Notes: generated by a model from the sequence alone, not told the origin. A DNA stretch of 64,000 nt from a virus (IMGVR_UViG_3300033067_002581:90908-154907); one strand, 5' to 3'. Counted from the stretch's first letter, positions 9,826 through 20,270 are shown. Program-made: numbers and translations.

Positions 9826-10280
9826 CCAAGGTTAAACTTGATGACTCGCTGGATTAGGTAGTCACACAGCACGTCTGATCTGCCGAGAGGGCGTATGATC
9901 GCGTCAGATTCACCATCGGTTGTCATCTTTGCGACAAGCGACGCTTTCACCCTCTCCTTGTATTGCTTCTTTACTGATGAGATCCACGAGGTGATCACGC
10001 CATCGAGCTGATCACACGCGCGTGTACACGCGTCTCGCCTGTCTCTCGGAGACGCTTTCGTAGTCGTCGTTGCTGTGACGGTCAGCGATTGCCCACCATC
10101 AGTGAATCTAGCGGTGACTGAGATTCCGACGACGGGCTGCGCGGTCTTTCCCCACGTCCCGTCTATGATCTCAGCGAGCTCTAGCGCTTCATATTTTGTG
10201 TCGTTCCACTTCACCATCAGTACGTATACGCGCGCACCTACGACACACAATGACATCATCTCTGACGAGAAGTCTGTCAC
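9822..10280 (-). CDS. Hypothetical protein (start may be 10217)
   Basis: ORF overlapping the terminase start by 4 bp. Confidence 0.55.
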   Translation of the reverse strand: MTDFSSEMMSLCVVGARVYVLMVKWNDTKYEALELAEIIDGTWGKTAQPVVGISVTARFTDGGQSLTVTATTTTKASPRDRRDACTRACDQLDGVITSWISSVKKQYKERVKASLVAKMTTDGESDAIIRPLGRSDVLCDYLIQRVIKFNLG

Positions 10281-10339
10281 ACTTTATACAGAACGGATCG
10301 AGTACCATGGCTATCGCGTCTCCAAACAGCAGGAACCTG

Positions 10340-13285
10340 TCATCCTGCAGCTTGTGTGATTCTAGCTCGGATCTTAGATCGTCCAGAAGCATCAGTCGTC
10401 ACCTCTAAAGCGTGATCAGCCACGTCCTTCACGTAATCAACGTGACTCACGACTATGATAAAGCTAAACATGCTCTTCGCCGCTGACAGCAGTTTGCATG
10501 CGCTCTCGAGACCGGCCTCATCAAGAGAACCGAAGCCCTCATCGATGATGAAGAAATCAGCTGATGAAGGTGATAGTTTCGCCATAGCCATGCGAAAAGC
10601 CAGCGCCACGAAAAACTTCTCCATCCCACAAGCTAGCTCTACTGGGACTTTCGTGGGACCGTTCTCTATCTCTATCTGCAGCTCGTCAGCATCGATGATA
10701 GCTCTCGCTGATATCGATGAAGTCTCTAGCAGCTCGCTCACTCTCGCGTTGATGATATCAAGCCGTGACTTCAGAAGCCGTAGCGGCACTCCTCGCTTAG
10801 AGAACGCCTGAGCTAGCTGCTCAGCATCATGCATCGTCGCCAGAAGATCTGATTTTCTTAGAGCGTCACGCTCTAACCTCTCTATCTTGACGGCGACCTG
10901 ATCAGACTCTCGATCAGAGATTAACATCTCGGTCGCGATCGCGCGCATCCTGCTGGTGATGACCGCAGAACGCTTCATAGCGTCAGCGCCATCAAACGTC
11001 AGATCGCTAAGAGACTCAAGTTCTTTCTCAGCTACGAGCATTTTCGCTCGCAACTGGTCCCTGTTTGCTAGTTTTTCAGCGGCGTCATCAGCCGCCTTCA
11101 TCTCTGACCTCAGAGCCTGGATGCTCTGACCGTTATATTCGGTGACGCTCGGTCGCTGCGACTCGAGCGATGCGACTGCGAGTTCGTCAGATGGGATGGA
11201 CGTCGCCGCTGAGGCAGCGTCTCTGATGAACTGACACGTCGAAAACGATCCCCCGCATGGGACGCTTGATAGCACGGCAAGGCTACGCTTCTTCGCACGC
11301 AGATCTGCTTGCGCCCTGCTGAACCTAGACTGAAAATCACTAAGCGCCTGGCGCTCTTCCGCTGCTCGCGACGCGAGCTCGAAATCGTGAGCTATCTGAG
11401 ACCTGTCACGCGTGACATGCACGTCTAGCGCGTTTTTTATAGACTGTATCTCAGACCTCAGGTTTTTCGCGCGAAGAGACGTCGCGGCGTGCGCTTCTAT
11501 CCTCGCCTTGATGACCTCAACCTCTCGCTGGTTCTCAAGCAGTTCCTCTCGCTCATGCGTGAGTTTAGAGATCAGGCGCCTCAGCTGCTCGCGTCGATCT
11601 CGTAATGTTTTAAGTTCTAGCGAGATATCGATGGTCGGAAGGGTCCGAAGCTCAGCCCTCTTCTCTGAGACTCTGTCAACGAGCGTCTTGTAGACGTCAT
11701 CAAAATATGACAGCCCTAGCGTTCTAGCGAGCGCGGCGCGCCGCGCAGTCGGACCATCGTCGATAAACTTGTTAAGGCTTCCTTGCGTCGCGATGCTTGA
11801 CGCCTTACAATCATCAGGATCTCCTATCAGAGATCTGAGTATTTTTTCAGTGTCAGATCGCTGCTCACCACACGCATCGACTGACATGTCTCCGTCTATC
11901 CTGAAGACGTTCAGCTGCGTCTGAGACGCATCAGAACCATCCTTTCTTTGTACGCGAACCGTCTGCCTCTCGACGGCGTATGTCACGCCGTCTACGTCTA
12001 TGATGGCCCGCGCGAAGCAGTGATCGCTGTCCTTGTTTATCAGCATGCTCGTTCGAGCGCGATTCCTGTCAGCCTCGTTCAGAAGAACGTATGTGATAGC
12101 GCCGACGAATGATGACTTGCCAGCCCCGTTCGGAGCGAACAATCCAACGATCCCGTTCAGATCGTCAAACGAGACGAAGTTATCAGCTCCGTACGACAAC
12201 ACGTTATCGAACCTGATCGCTCTAAGAGACCACTTTTTTCTATCTGGTGATCTTGACATAGCGTCTCGCAGCACGCTATCGAGCGTCTCCGCGGCTGACA
12301 CCCTGTCTCTGATGTCAAAACCCATATCGCACGCAGCGTCTATCAGCTGCGGCGCGGACATGTTAGCTGTTACGTCCTCATCCTGTGAAGCGATGACGAT
12401 GTCATCCTCGTACTTCACGATGACATCGTGAACGATGCTAGAAGATTTCAGCTGAGCGATGATGGCGTCAGTCTTCGCTCTTTCGGAACGCCTAGCGACG
12501 ATCCTGTATCTGCCGTTCTCATCAAGCTTAGTCGCGTCCGCGGCGCTTAGCGTTATAAAAGGCTTGGGGTTGCTGAGCCTCCTGAAATCGATGCGGGTCG
12601 GCGCGGATGGCGAGAAATCCCACACCAAATATCCTTTATCAGCATCCTCGCCAAAATTCTGCTGGATCAGGCTGCCTGGGTAGGCACCCCAAGGTGCTCC
12701 AGAGCGCTCAAAGACCTGATGCTTATGGATATCACCTAGCAGCAGAGCCTTGTATCCTGCAAAGCGCTCGATGGGCATCTCGCCGTCGTCTATGTGCCAG
12801 CCTATGTCTGTCATCGCGCCCGCAACGGGACCATGATACGTCGCGATGCTCATCATATCATCTGATGGCGATAGTGATGACCAACCAGGCCTATCAAACA
12901 GGCTGAAGACGTGAAGTGAATAACCTCCCGGTAGGGCGTATGCGCCTGAGTCTCGACAGCATATGATGTTCTTCGCACCGACAGCTGTGACGATAGGTGA
13001 TACAGAGTCTAAGCGAGTCAGGTTTGACAGGTTTCCATCGTGATTTCCGAGCGTTATGAACGTCAGCTCAACATCACGAGATAGCATGCGTAGAAACTCA
13101 GTGAACAGCTCGATGTACTCTGGCGTGAGACCAGAAATTTTTGAGTGAAAGACGTCTCCGGCTATCAGCAGCGCATCAGCATTCTGAGAACGCACATCCT
13201 GAGTGAAACGCTGCAACAAGGCGCGATATTCATCATGACGCGTCAGACCTCGGATGTGAATGTCAGCTGTGTGCGCTATTCTCAC
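10340..13285 (-). CDS. Fused Mre11/SbcD nuclease - Rad50/SbcC ATPase (gp47-gp46 fusion)
   Basis: Phosphoesterase motifs ADIH, AGDVFH, GNHD, YHG, GDIH; Walker A APNGAGKSS; Q-loop TQG; coiled coil with PCGGSFSTC; signature LACGMEK; Walker B IIDEGFGSLD; H-loop VSH. Confidence 0.93.
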   Translation of the reverse strand: MRIAHTADIHIRGLTRHDEYRALLQRFTQDVRSQNADALLIAGDVFHSKISGLTPEYIELFTEFLRMLSRDVELTFITLGNHDGNLSNLTRLDSVSPIVTAVGAKNIICCRDSGAYALPGGYSLHVFSLFDRPGWSSLSPSDDMMSIATYHGPVAGAMTDIGWHIDDGEMPIERFAGYKALLLGDIHKHQVFERSGAPWGAYPGSLIQQNFGEDADKGYLVWDFSPSAPTRIDFRRLSNPKPFITLSAADATKLDENGRYRIVARRSERAKTDAIIAQLKSSSIVHDVIVKYEDDIVIASQDEDVTANMSAPQLIDAACDMGFDIRDRVSAAETLDSVLRDAMSRSPDRKKWSLRAIRFDNVLSYGADNFVSFDDLNGIVGLFAPNGAGKSSFVGAITYVLLNEADRNRARTSMLINKDSDHCFARAIIDVDGVTYAVERQTVRVQRKDGSDASQTQLNVFRIDGDMSVDACGEQRSDTEKILRSLIGDPDDCKASSIATQGSLNKFIDDGPTARRAALARTLGLSYFDDVYKTLVDRVSEKRAELRTLPTIDISLELKTLRDRREQLRRLISKLTHEREELLENQREVEVIKARIEAHAATSLRAKNLRSEIQSIKNALDVHVTRDRSQIAHDFELASRAAEERQALSDFQSRFSRAQADLRAKKRSLAVLSSVPCGGSFSTCQFIRDAASAATSIPSDELAVASLESQRPSVTEYNGQSIQALRSEMKAADDAAEKLANRDQLRAKMLVAEKELESLSDLTFDGADAMKRSAVITSRMRAIATEMLISDRESDQVAVKIERLERDALRKSDLLATMHDAEQLAQAFSKRGVPLRLLKSRLDIINARVSELLETSSISARAIIDADELQIEIENGPTKVPVELACGMEKFFVALAFRMAMAKLSPSSADFFIIDEGFGSLDEAGLESACKLLSAAKSMFSFIIVVSHVDYVKDVADHALEVTTDASGRSKIRARITQAAG

Positions 13286-13868
13286 AGAGAGACCTCACTC
13301 TCTCACGCTTTGAGAGCGTGCTTAACTCCGCTGACTTACACATCTGCTTGATAAACGCAGCCGCGCTCGCTAGTTCCTTGTCGTCGTCTGATTCAAACTC
13401 GATCTCATAGAACGTCGCGCCGGTATGCGTGACGCATTCATCAACGTCAAAATGACCAACGATCCCATCGACAGCAAGCAGCGTACGAGTGAACGTCACG
13501 CTATCAGATCTTCTCAGAACAAAATCTTTCGATCCCAACAGATCTGCTACTGCGTCTGAGATCTCTCGACTCATATCAGCGTAACACAGTGACTGCGTCA
13601 TAGGATCTAGCGTTGTAGCGGGAGCGTATATCTCCTGACACACGCGAGACCTAGAGTCCCATGACGACAACGTCTTGAGCTCATCTAACAGAACGTTTCC
13701 CTTCAGCCTCCTACGAAAGGTGGCGCGCGAGGTGGCTAATACGCCTGATTCATCATCGTAATACGATATGAATTTCTGACCGCTAGAGACGCGCGCGCCA
13801 GCAGTTAAGAACTTCTCTATGTCCTCTTTGCTAACAACAAATTTTACTTCTGACTCTTGATTGATCAC
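13263..13868 (-). CDS. CYTH / triphosphate tunnel metalloenzyme family protein
   Basis: N-terminal ExExK (ESEVK), YYD, FRRR..ELK, YEIEFE and C-terminal SKRER. Confidence 0.8.
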   Translation of the reverse strand: MINQESEVKFVVSKEDIEKFLTAGARVSSGQKFISYYDDESGVLATSRATFRRRLKGNVLLDELKTLSSWDSRSRVCQEIYAPATTLDPMTQSLCYADMSREISDAVADLLGSKDFVLRRSDSVTFTRTLLAVDGIVGHFDVDECVTHTGATFYEIEFESDDDKELASAAAFIKQMCKSAELSTLSKRERVRSLCENSAHS

Positions 13869-14827
13869 GTTAGAGCGATCTCCATCTTAGATTTTAGCAT
13901 CGATTCCCACGTAAAGAGCGTGGCATTATTCACAGCGTCCTGACACTCCTGGTGTGTCATGGCACCAGGATCAGGTGATGATCTCGCGATCTTCACCGTG
14001 ACATCATAACTTGAAAGCAGGCTCGCTATCTTCAGCGCTTTTCTCTGAGCATCACTATCTAACATAAGCGTGACAACACTGTCATTCTTAACGATCGTGT
14101 CAAACAGAGCGTGACTCTCATCCAGCGACGAACCAAGAAGCGGAACGGCCCTGTCACCACATTTCACTGCGTCAAAGGGTCCCTCGCATATGATGATATC
14201 ACCTCTAAAATCAACATCTATCTCTCCGAAGATGATATCGTTTGCTGGGATGTTGGGATTCACATACTTTGGTCTCCACTCACCAGCCACTCTCGCGACC
14301 CAAAAGCTCAGAGATCCATCTGATGAGAAAGATGGGAATAGCACCCTGTCACGAAACTCTCCGTCAGAGATCCACATGAGTCGCCATCGCCAGACATCTC
14401 TCTCAGAGAGACCTCTTAACTTAATATACTTCACGGCTCTGTGATATGATGGTAACTGCGCGATGCTCGTGCAGCTGACTGGCAGCGTGACACTGTCAAT
14501 CCTTTCTACGTGTTCCTCATCGTAGAGGGGAGAGCTGTGAGACAGCAGATACTCCTGCTCGAGGTGTTTCGCAAATTTCCTTACTAATGGAAGCAGAGTC
14601 TTAGATTTCCACCCACACACCCAGCAATGGTTGAAAAAATCAGACACCCTTATCGCTAGCTTTAGCTTTTTTGGATCTCTTCTCGATTGGCAGGATGGTA
14701 ACGGACAGCGTGCAGCCGCTTCCCTTCCAGATCTTGACACAACGATCTTTCCCAACGCTTTCTCTAGGAACGTCAGACGAGACGAGACTGTTGATACCTG
14801 TGTCATCAACACGTGACTGTAAGCCAC
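13865..14827 (-). CDS. DnaG-like DNA primase (Zn finger + TOPRIM)
   Basis: CPLPSC...HCWVC Zn finger, YIKLRG, RVLFP, KYVNP, CEGPFDA, LDSD. Confidence 0.9.
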   Translation of the reverse strand: MAYSHVLMTQVSTVSSRLTFLEKALGKIVVSRSGREAAARCPLPSCQSRRDPKKLKLAIRVSDFFNHCWVCGWKSKTLLPLVRKFAKHLEQEYLLSHSSPLYDEEHVERIDSVTLPVSCTSIAQLPSYHRAVKYIKLRGLSERDVWRWRLMWISDGEFRDRVLFPSFSSDGSLSFWVARVAGEWRPKYVNPNIPANDIIFGEIDVDFRGDIIICEGPFDAVKCGDRAVPLLGSSLDESHALFDTIVKNDSVVTLMLDSDAQRKALKIASLLSSYDVTVKIARSSPDPGAMTHQECQDAVNNATLFTWESMLKSKMEIALT

Positions 14828-15362
14828 GCTTCAAGTCTGGTATCAGACGCTCTCCCGCAAGAGCGATCACGAGTGAATCGGCGGCGTCCTTGACCTGCTC
14901 AGCCATCTCATCTTTTTTTGGCTTTAGCGGCACTGACCACGTCGACAGTTTGTTTAGCAACACCCACTCTAGCGCCTGCTCCTTTGCGCTTTTATCTGAT
15001 CCTCTGATAATCTTGATACCACACAGTCGCCTGGCGGTCTGAGCTGAGACGTACGTTATCGGTGCTTTTAAAACACTGCCAGCGAGCAGTGACACGATGC
15101 CATTCATCTTTGCAAGCGAACAGATCGTGTTCGCTGATGAGAATCCTGGACGAAATGCCTGTAGTGATTCCTCGATCAGGACGTTATCCACGGTGAACGC
15201 GTTTGCGACATGCTCATACAAAGCAGATGCGACCGCGCTAGCTTTTAGCGTGATTGAATCAATGTGATCCGTCCTCACAGCTCCGACAAGAAGTGGCTGC
15301 CCATTCTCAATCACGGAAACGCCCGTGCATGACGTTGAAACGTCTAGACCGACAGTGATCAT
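14640..15362 (-). CDS. RuvC-like Holliday junction resolvase
   Basis: GLDVSTSCTG, VLIEE, KEQ, DAADSLVIA RNase H-fold acidic residues; C-terminal extension overlaps primase. Confidence 0.82.
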   Translation of the reverse strand: MITVGLDVSTSCTGVSVIENGQPLLVGAVRTDHIDSITLKASAVASALYEHVANAFTVDNVLIEESLQAFRPGFSSANTICSLAKMNGIVSLLAGSVLKAPITYVSAQTARRLCGIKIIRGSDKSAKEQALEWVLLNKLSTWSVPLKPKKDEMAEQVKDAADSLVIALAGERLIPDLKRGLQSRVDDTGINSLVSSDVPRESVGKDRCVKIWKGSGCTLSVTILPIEKRSKKAKASDKGV

Positions 15363-15721
15363 ATGCAGACACCGATAGTTTTTAACTCGATCTCCGTCAT
15401 GATAGAGAACATGACGTCTATCTCGTGAGCGATCTCCGCCGCAGCCTCAGCCTTTTTGATCACCTTGCGATTTATACGGCGCAGTGGTTTGATCTCAACG
15501 AGCTCACGAGTGCCATCTTTCCACGCGATCAAAAAATCAGGCGTGTATCTTCTGATCTTTGACGAGCTCTCAGACGCGACATAATGAACGTCAAGTGGCT
15601 CATACCTCCACGTCTCAACGTCGTCATTCGCATCTAACCAACGCATCATCGCTAGCTCCCATCCGCTACGATACCGCACGCGCGACCCATCTCTAGAGTC
15701 ATAAAAGCCCTTCTTACTCAT
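15359..15721 (-). CDS. TnsA-like PD-(D/E)XK endonuclease / T4 gp4 head-completion nuclease-like
   Basis: YRSGWELAMM..LD, W.YEP, RRYTPDF, LVEIKP, IMTE motifs. Confidence 0.85.
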   Translation of the reverse strand: MSKKGFYDSRDGSRVRYRSGWELAMMRWLDANDDVETWRYEPLDVHYVASESSSKIRRYTPDFLIAWKDGTRELVEIKPLRRINRKVIKKAEAAAEIAHEIDVMFSIMTEIELKTIGVCI

Positions 15722-18087
15722 CAGTAATCTATCCTGTGTCTGATCGTGACGGTCGAACCTGCGCGCTTAAGCGCAGGCTGCGCTAGCTTGGCTCTCATCA
15801 CAACGTTCATCTTAGAGTCAAGCCACACCGTGCCAGCGATATAGACGTTCGATTCAGCTGGCTCAGAGCTGTTCTGCGATGGTAACAACTCTTGATACGA
15901 TGAGTTGCTAGATGAGTTCACGGCTTGCGCTGGTGCAAACGCATCATACTTGGCCACGTATATCGGGCGCTCTCCTTGCCATGATGCATAAAACTGTTTC
16001 TGACCGAAGCGCCAGAGGTGTGGGCTCTTTATGACAGCGAGGCCTTCATCGTAGAAGACATGACCACACGATGACCACGAAGCGTGTGACCCAGTGGAAT
16101 CGCACCTAAACAGGTTTCCGTTTCCATCATCACGAAGCGTGACTGAAAAGGCACCATCAGAGCCAGAGATATTCGCATCTGACAAGCACAGCGTACCAGG
16201 TGAGATTCGACTGCCATACAACACTCTGCTGAACTCAAAAAACGTCAGCCTCTGCGAATCACCGTCACGTAAGCGCTGGTACAGCGTAAGAGGGGGAGCC
16301 GTCAGGTCGCCGTTCACAAAACCATTCAACGCAGAACCGGTGATCGCGTTTGGCGACTCTGGGCTTGGCCCTATGGCGCCAGCGATCACGTCTTTTGTGC
16401 TGCCCGAAGCCTCCTGCGCAAAATCAAAGATGAGCGATGCGCTGGAGATGAGATCTGTCAGCCTGATCTGCGACTGCGCAGCTCGCCCAGACTCATCCTG
16501 AAACATGGACTGATCCATCTCAGATAGCATCGAATATGATGGCACGAATGAGCCGTCATCACATGGCATGATCAGAAGGTTCGCAAACCTGAGATACTGC
16601 GTGTCCAAAAATTGATCGGCTGTCTTCACAACAGTGGTGTCGTTGATCGCTGATGCCGTCAGTCGATACAAGCGTGGATGTCTCTTTTTGGCGATATCAT
16701 AAACAAAGTTCTGAAGGTTTATGACATGACCGTCAACACCAAGCGCTAGCTCTGCGTTAAGCGGTGACGATGTTGTGCCATCAAACTCCTGAAACGGCGT
16801 CAGCAGCACACCTCCGTGGTCACCAGCTGTCGCTCTAAACGGTGACTCTCTAGTGAAGAATGGCGCCAAGTAAAGGTAGCAATCTGCTGGCACGACACTG
16901 TGCCCATACGTCGCAGATGATGTTATTTCTGCGTCTGTCAGCCACCTTTCATAATACGCCAGGTCGTGTACCTCTCCGTTCATCGGGTGTGAGAACCTGC
17001 TTGACGCAGGTTCTTCAATGCCTCCCACGTCGCTTGACAGGTTAACCAACCCATCTCTTGTAGACGTGTCTGTTGAGAAAAAATACGCCTGACTTGATGA
17101 ACCGCTGTTTGAGCCCTCGTAGTAGTTTCCGACACACATGACGTATGGCTGTGGAGTCGCGCTCGATGGCGCTACAGATGAGGACGCGAGCGCAAACGAA
17201 AAGCTACCAGATCCGACAATCGCAGAGCCGGTCATCTTTGACGCCGCGGCGCCCCATCGTATAATAACTCGATTCCAGACATCTCTGGGAAGAGAATTGT
17301 CCTGTGACAGGTACGTCAGCTGAGGTAGTGAAGACAGATTCACATCTGAAGGCCTGATATTCGCGCTGCTGCTAAGCTGCAACATCAACCTATATGCACC
17401 TATCGACCCGTTCTCATCTCTCAACGAGCCAGAGACTATTGACACAGCGAAGCATGAAGACAGGTGCAGCAACGTCGCGGCACGAAAGGAATTCGACACC
17501 AGTCGTCTGGGTTTTACGCGAAAATCTATCGTGAACGCGCCAGTCGGAACAAGATCACCGCGCATCAGCGCGCCGTTATCCCTATCAATGGACGGGTACA
17601 TGATGACTGACGACGTGGAGACGTTAGATGAAGAGAAAAAATTCAAACAGTGATAATTCGTGTACGACAGCCCGGCGTTGCTGTTCCATGGACGAGCAAA
17701 CGAGCCACATAGCTTCACAGCGTCCTTAAGACCAGTGTTCCTGCTATACTGCGCAGATGGCGTGAATCGTCTGACATTAACGATCGCGGAGTTTTTTCTT
17801 GATATAGCTAACGCCTCAGCACCAGTGACATACGCTCTCACGGCAGAGAGGATGTCACTGTTACCCGATCTCTTAGCGTTAGTCAGAGCTGCTGTCAGCT
17901 GCTCGGGCGTCGTATCATTATGTGCATCAGAGAAGCTAACGTTTGTCTCGCGTTCACGACGACTCCTCCTAGCAAACGCGCTGACTGAACCGCTTACTCC
18001 GAGTGATGACGAATAGAAGCACGCTGCTGGACGTGTAATCATCGCATAGCAGCTGACGTTACCATTTCGCGCGCTGAAGATAGACAC
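15721..18087 (-). CDS. Large Ser-rich virion protein with LamG/ConA-like domain
   Basis: FTIDFRVKP, WNRVIIRW, MNGEVHDLAYYERWLTDAEI LamG-like pattern; C-terminal domain shared with 18313-19533. Confidence 0.6.
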   Translation of the reverse strand: MSIFSARNGNVSCYAMITRPAACFYSSSLGVSGSVSAFARRSRRERETNVSFSDAHNDTTPEQLTAALTNAKRSGNSDILSAVRAYVTGAEALAISRKNSAIVNVRRFTPSAQYSRNTGLKDAVKLCGSFARPWNSNAGLSYTNYHCLNFFSSSNVSTSSVIMYPSIDRDNGALMRGDLVPTGAFTIDFRVKPRRLVSNSFRAATLLHLSSCFAVSIVSGSLRDENGSIGAYRLMLQLSSSANIRPSDVNLSSLPQLTYLSQDNSLPRDVWNRVIIRWGAAASKMTGSAIVGSGSFSFALASSSVAPSSATPQPYVMCVGNYYEGSNSGSSSQAYFFSTDTSTRDGLVNLSSDVGGIEEPASSRFSHPMNGEVHDLAYYERWLTDAEITSSATYGHSVVPADCYLYLAPFFTRESPFRATAGDHGGVLLTPFQEFDGTTSSPLNAELALGVDGHVINLQNFVYDIAKKRHPRLYRLTASAINDTTVVKTADQFLDTQYLRFANLLIMPCDDGSFVPSYSMLSEMDQSMFQDESGRAAQSQIRLTDLISSASLIFDFAQEASGSTKDVIAGAIGPSPESPNAITGSALNGFVNGDLTAPPLTLYQRLRDGDSQRLTFFEFSRVLYGSRISPGTLCLSDANISGSDGAFSVTLRDDGNGNLFRCDSTGSHASWSSCGHVFYDEGLAVIKSPHLWRFGQKQFYASWQGERPIYVAKYDAFAPAQAVNSSSNSSYQELLPSQNSSEPAESNVYIAGTVWLDSKMNVVMRAKLAQPALKRAGSTVTIRHRIDY

Positions 18088-18094
18088 TTTGTAC

Positions 18095-18313
18095 TCACAC
18101 TATAGAGATGACGCGAGCCTCTATGTCATTCGGTATCAACGCCACTGGCACTTTAAGCGTTGACTGCAAGAACAGACCCAGACGCTGCAGTTCCTCGACG
18201 CACATTGTTTTATCATGTGACAGGACAAGCGCCTGACCGTCGCTGACGATTATCTCTGATAATTTACATCTCATCAGAGAATGCAGAATTTTCTTTGCTA
18301 CTCGAGCCTTCAT
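18095..18313 (-). CDS. Small hypothetical protein
   Basis: 72 aa ORF filling the gap, 1-bp overlap with upstream stop. Confidence 0.45.
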   Translation of the reverse strand: MKARVAKKILHSLMRCKLSEIIVSDGQALVLSHDKTMCVEELQRLGLFLQSTLKVPVALIPNDIEARVISIV

Positions 18314-19533
18314 CAGAAGTCAAGTCTGAGTCGTAGCGTCGTCTGTCTCTCGTTATTCTTCTCGATGGGTCGCGACAGCTTACCGACGGCGAGCATTGTC
18401 CCGTTCGCATCATACAGGCCAACACCAGTGATGTATGTAAACGACCTCTGGTTATCCTCCTGACCCGGGTCAATGACAACTATCCTGCTAGCCGAGTCCT
18501 TGTATGATGGATTTGACGAGTAGTTGAACTCATCAGCTCCAGCGTTGCAGAAGACAAGCATCGAGCTGATGTTAGTAGTGTTCTGAAACGTAGCAGCTGT
18601 GAGCGATCCAGATTGGAACCTCGTGCCGCATATGTGATCTATCACGTTATCGATCGAACCAGAGACAAGAAGATCTGGTGAGAATGCTGCTTTTTTAGCT
18701 GTCTCTGTACCGGCGGCGCCGATGACAGTCCTGCCTGTCGAGGTCATAGCATCGATCGTCCCACTGATAAACTGCGACGCGGACGTGATCTTTAACAGGT
18801 CAAGAACAACAACACCGCTATCATAAAACATCAGTCCAACGCTTCTAGCTGTGTTTGAAGCGTCTACTATCTGACCAAACTGGCCGCCTGGAGCGACCAG
18901 CTTGTTTCCCGACGAACCAACATCAGTATAGAATGACGAACCCGAGACCGATGTCACATCGATGTTCGAACCAGTCAGGTATGACGTCGCTGCTTCGGGC
19001 GTAGCGATCAGCGACGCCGTCTGATAGAAACGTAGGACGAACGTCTCTCTCTTTATCTGATCACGTGAAAAGAGTCTCTTAAATGAGATGAAAAGCGCCG
19101 CGTTGATAGCATCACCTGCGACTGCGCTACCCGGAGGTGACACAAACTGCTGGTCCTGCGCGCCAAGCAACGTCTGAGCGAACTGTCTGTATATGTCCAT
19201 CTTCTCGCGCATCATAAGCGATGATGACGGAAACAGCTCTTTTCCGACTGAATCCTGTCCGACTTTAGACGATGACACGATCGAGCTGTTTGGATACAGC
19301 CCAAACGTGATATCAAAGATAGGATTAGACGCCTGCAGCGTGAAATCCTGATCATAGACCGTCTGAAACAGTGAAGACGTGACGCCAGGTCCCACACCGC
19401 CAGTCACAAAATGCTGATACTTCTTACGACTGACAGAGCCACTGACGTCCTCTTGTAGGACGTCAATCAGCTGGTTCAGCGAGCTTCTCGTGCTCTTAAA
19501 ATCTGTTGGTGACAGTTCTTTATAGATCGCCAT
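18313..19533 (-). CDS. Virion structural protein (tail/baseplate-associated)
   Basis: Ser/Thr/Gly-rich; C-terminal EFNYSSNPSY...TYITGVGLYD..G.MLAVGKLSRP domain. Confidence 0.65.
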   Translation of the reverse strand: MAIYKELSPTDFKSTRSSLNQLIDVLQEDVSGSVSRKKYQHFVTGGVGPGVTSSLFQTVYDQDFTLQASNPIFDITFGLYPNSSIVSSSKVGQDSVGKELFPSSSLMMREKMDIYRQFAQTLLGAQDQQFVSPPGSAVAGDAINAALFISFKRLFSRDQIKRETFVLRFYQTASLIATPEAATSYLTGSNIDVTSVSGSSFYTDVGSSGNKLVAPGGQFGQIVDASNTARSVGLMFYDSGVVVLDLLKITSASQFISGTIDAMTSTGRTVIGAAGTETAKKAAFSPDLLVSGSIDNVIDHICGTRFQSGSLTAATFQNTTNISSMLVFCNAGADEFNYSSNPSYKDSASRIVVIDPGQEDNQRSFTYITGVGLYDANGTMLAVGKLSRPIEKNNERQTTLRLRLDF

Positions 19534-19553
19534 GTATTTGTCTCGCCTAACGC

Positions 19554-20270
19554 TTAGAGCACCTTGCTGATAGAAACTTTGAACTCAGTCACGGAACCAG
19601 ACTGGACGCCTGTCACTCTGACGTACGTGTCGATGACGTTCTTGTTTGCTACGCTTCCAAACACTGAGAACGTTGCGTCCGTCAGCGCTTTCACGGCTAT
19701 CGTGAACTGCGCAGTAGATCCACCGACAGCGTTTGCATTCTGTGAACGTAAAACCGAGTATGTCGCGCGGCGCTGAGCATCAACTGACTCAGGCACTGAT
19801 TTTGGGATCTGCAGAAACAAATCGTTCATCTCAACGATGAACACCTGATCTCGCAGCTCGACATCGATCGACGTCTCGTTCTGAATAGTCTGTTCTATGA
19901 CTATCAGCGATGATTTCTGCGAATTCCTGCCCAGCGTTACAACACCACCAGCGCTGTCAACACTAGAGTCTCCAGATAAACTAAGTGTTGGTAGGCGAAC
20001 TAGGTTCGGGTTTGACACGCTGACAAGCTTAAATTTCTGCGCGTATTGCGCTGATGTCAGCGCCTCAAACACAGGTGTGTTTTTCTCAATCTTCTCACGA
20101 CCTGCAGAGCGGCCGTATTTAGCGATGATCGCATAATTCACTTCATCATCGCTAAGAGCGAATTTAACGATAGAGAAAGAACCATCATTCTTTGCTAGCG
20201 CGGCGCGACCCTGATCTGTCAAGACTGCGTCTAGCTGGATGTTGTTTGTAGAGGAATCTAAGATACCCAT
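19554..20270 (-). CDS. Virion structural protein (MGILD...DAVLTDQGR family)
   Basis: N-terminus paralogous to 27025-27897; beta-rich. Confidence 0.6.
   Translation of the reverse strand: MGILDSSTNNIQLDAVLTDQGRAALAKNDGSFSIVKFALSDDEVNYAIIAKYGRSAGREKIEKNTPVFEALTSAQYAQKFKLVSVSNPNLVRLPTLSLSGDSSVDSAGGVVTLGRNSQKSSLIVIEQTIQNETSIDVELRDQVFIVEMNDLFLQIPKSVPESVDAQRRATYSVLRSQNANAVGGSTAQFTIAVKALTDATFSVFGSVANKNVIDTYVRVTGVQSGSVTEFKVSISKVL

Noticed and set aside
15359-15721. TnsA-like gene as a Tn7 transposon or homing element
   Set aside because: No TnsB/TnsC or terminal repeats; size and context fit the gp4-like head-completion nuclease
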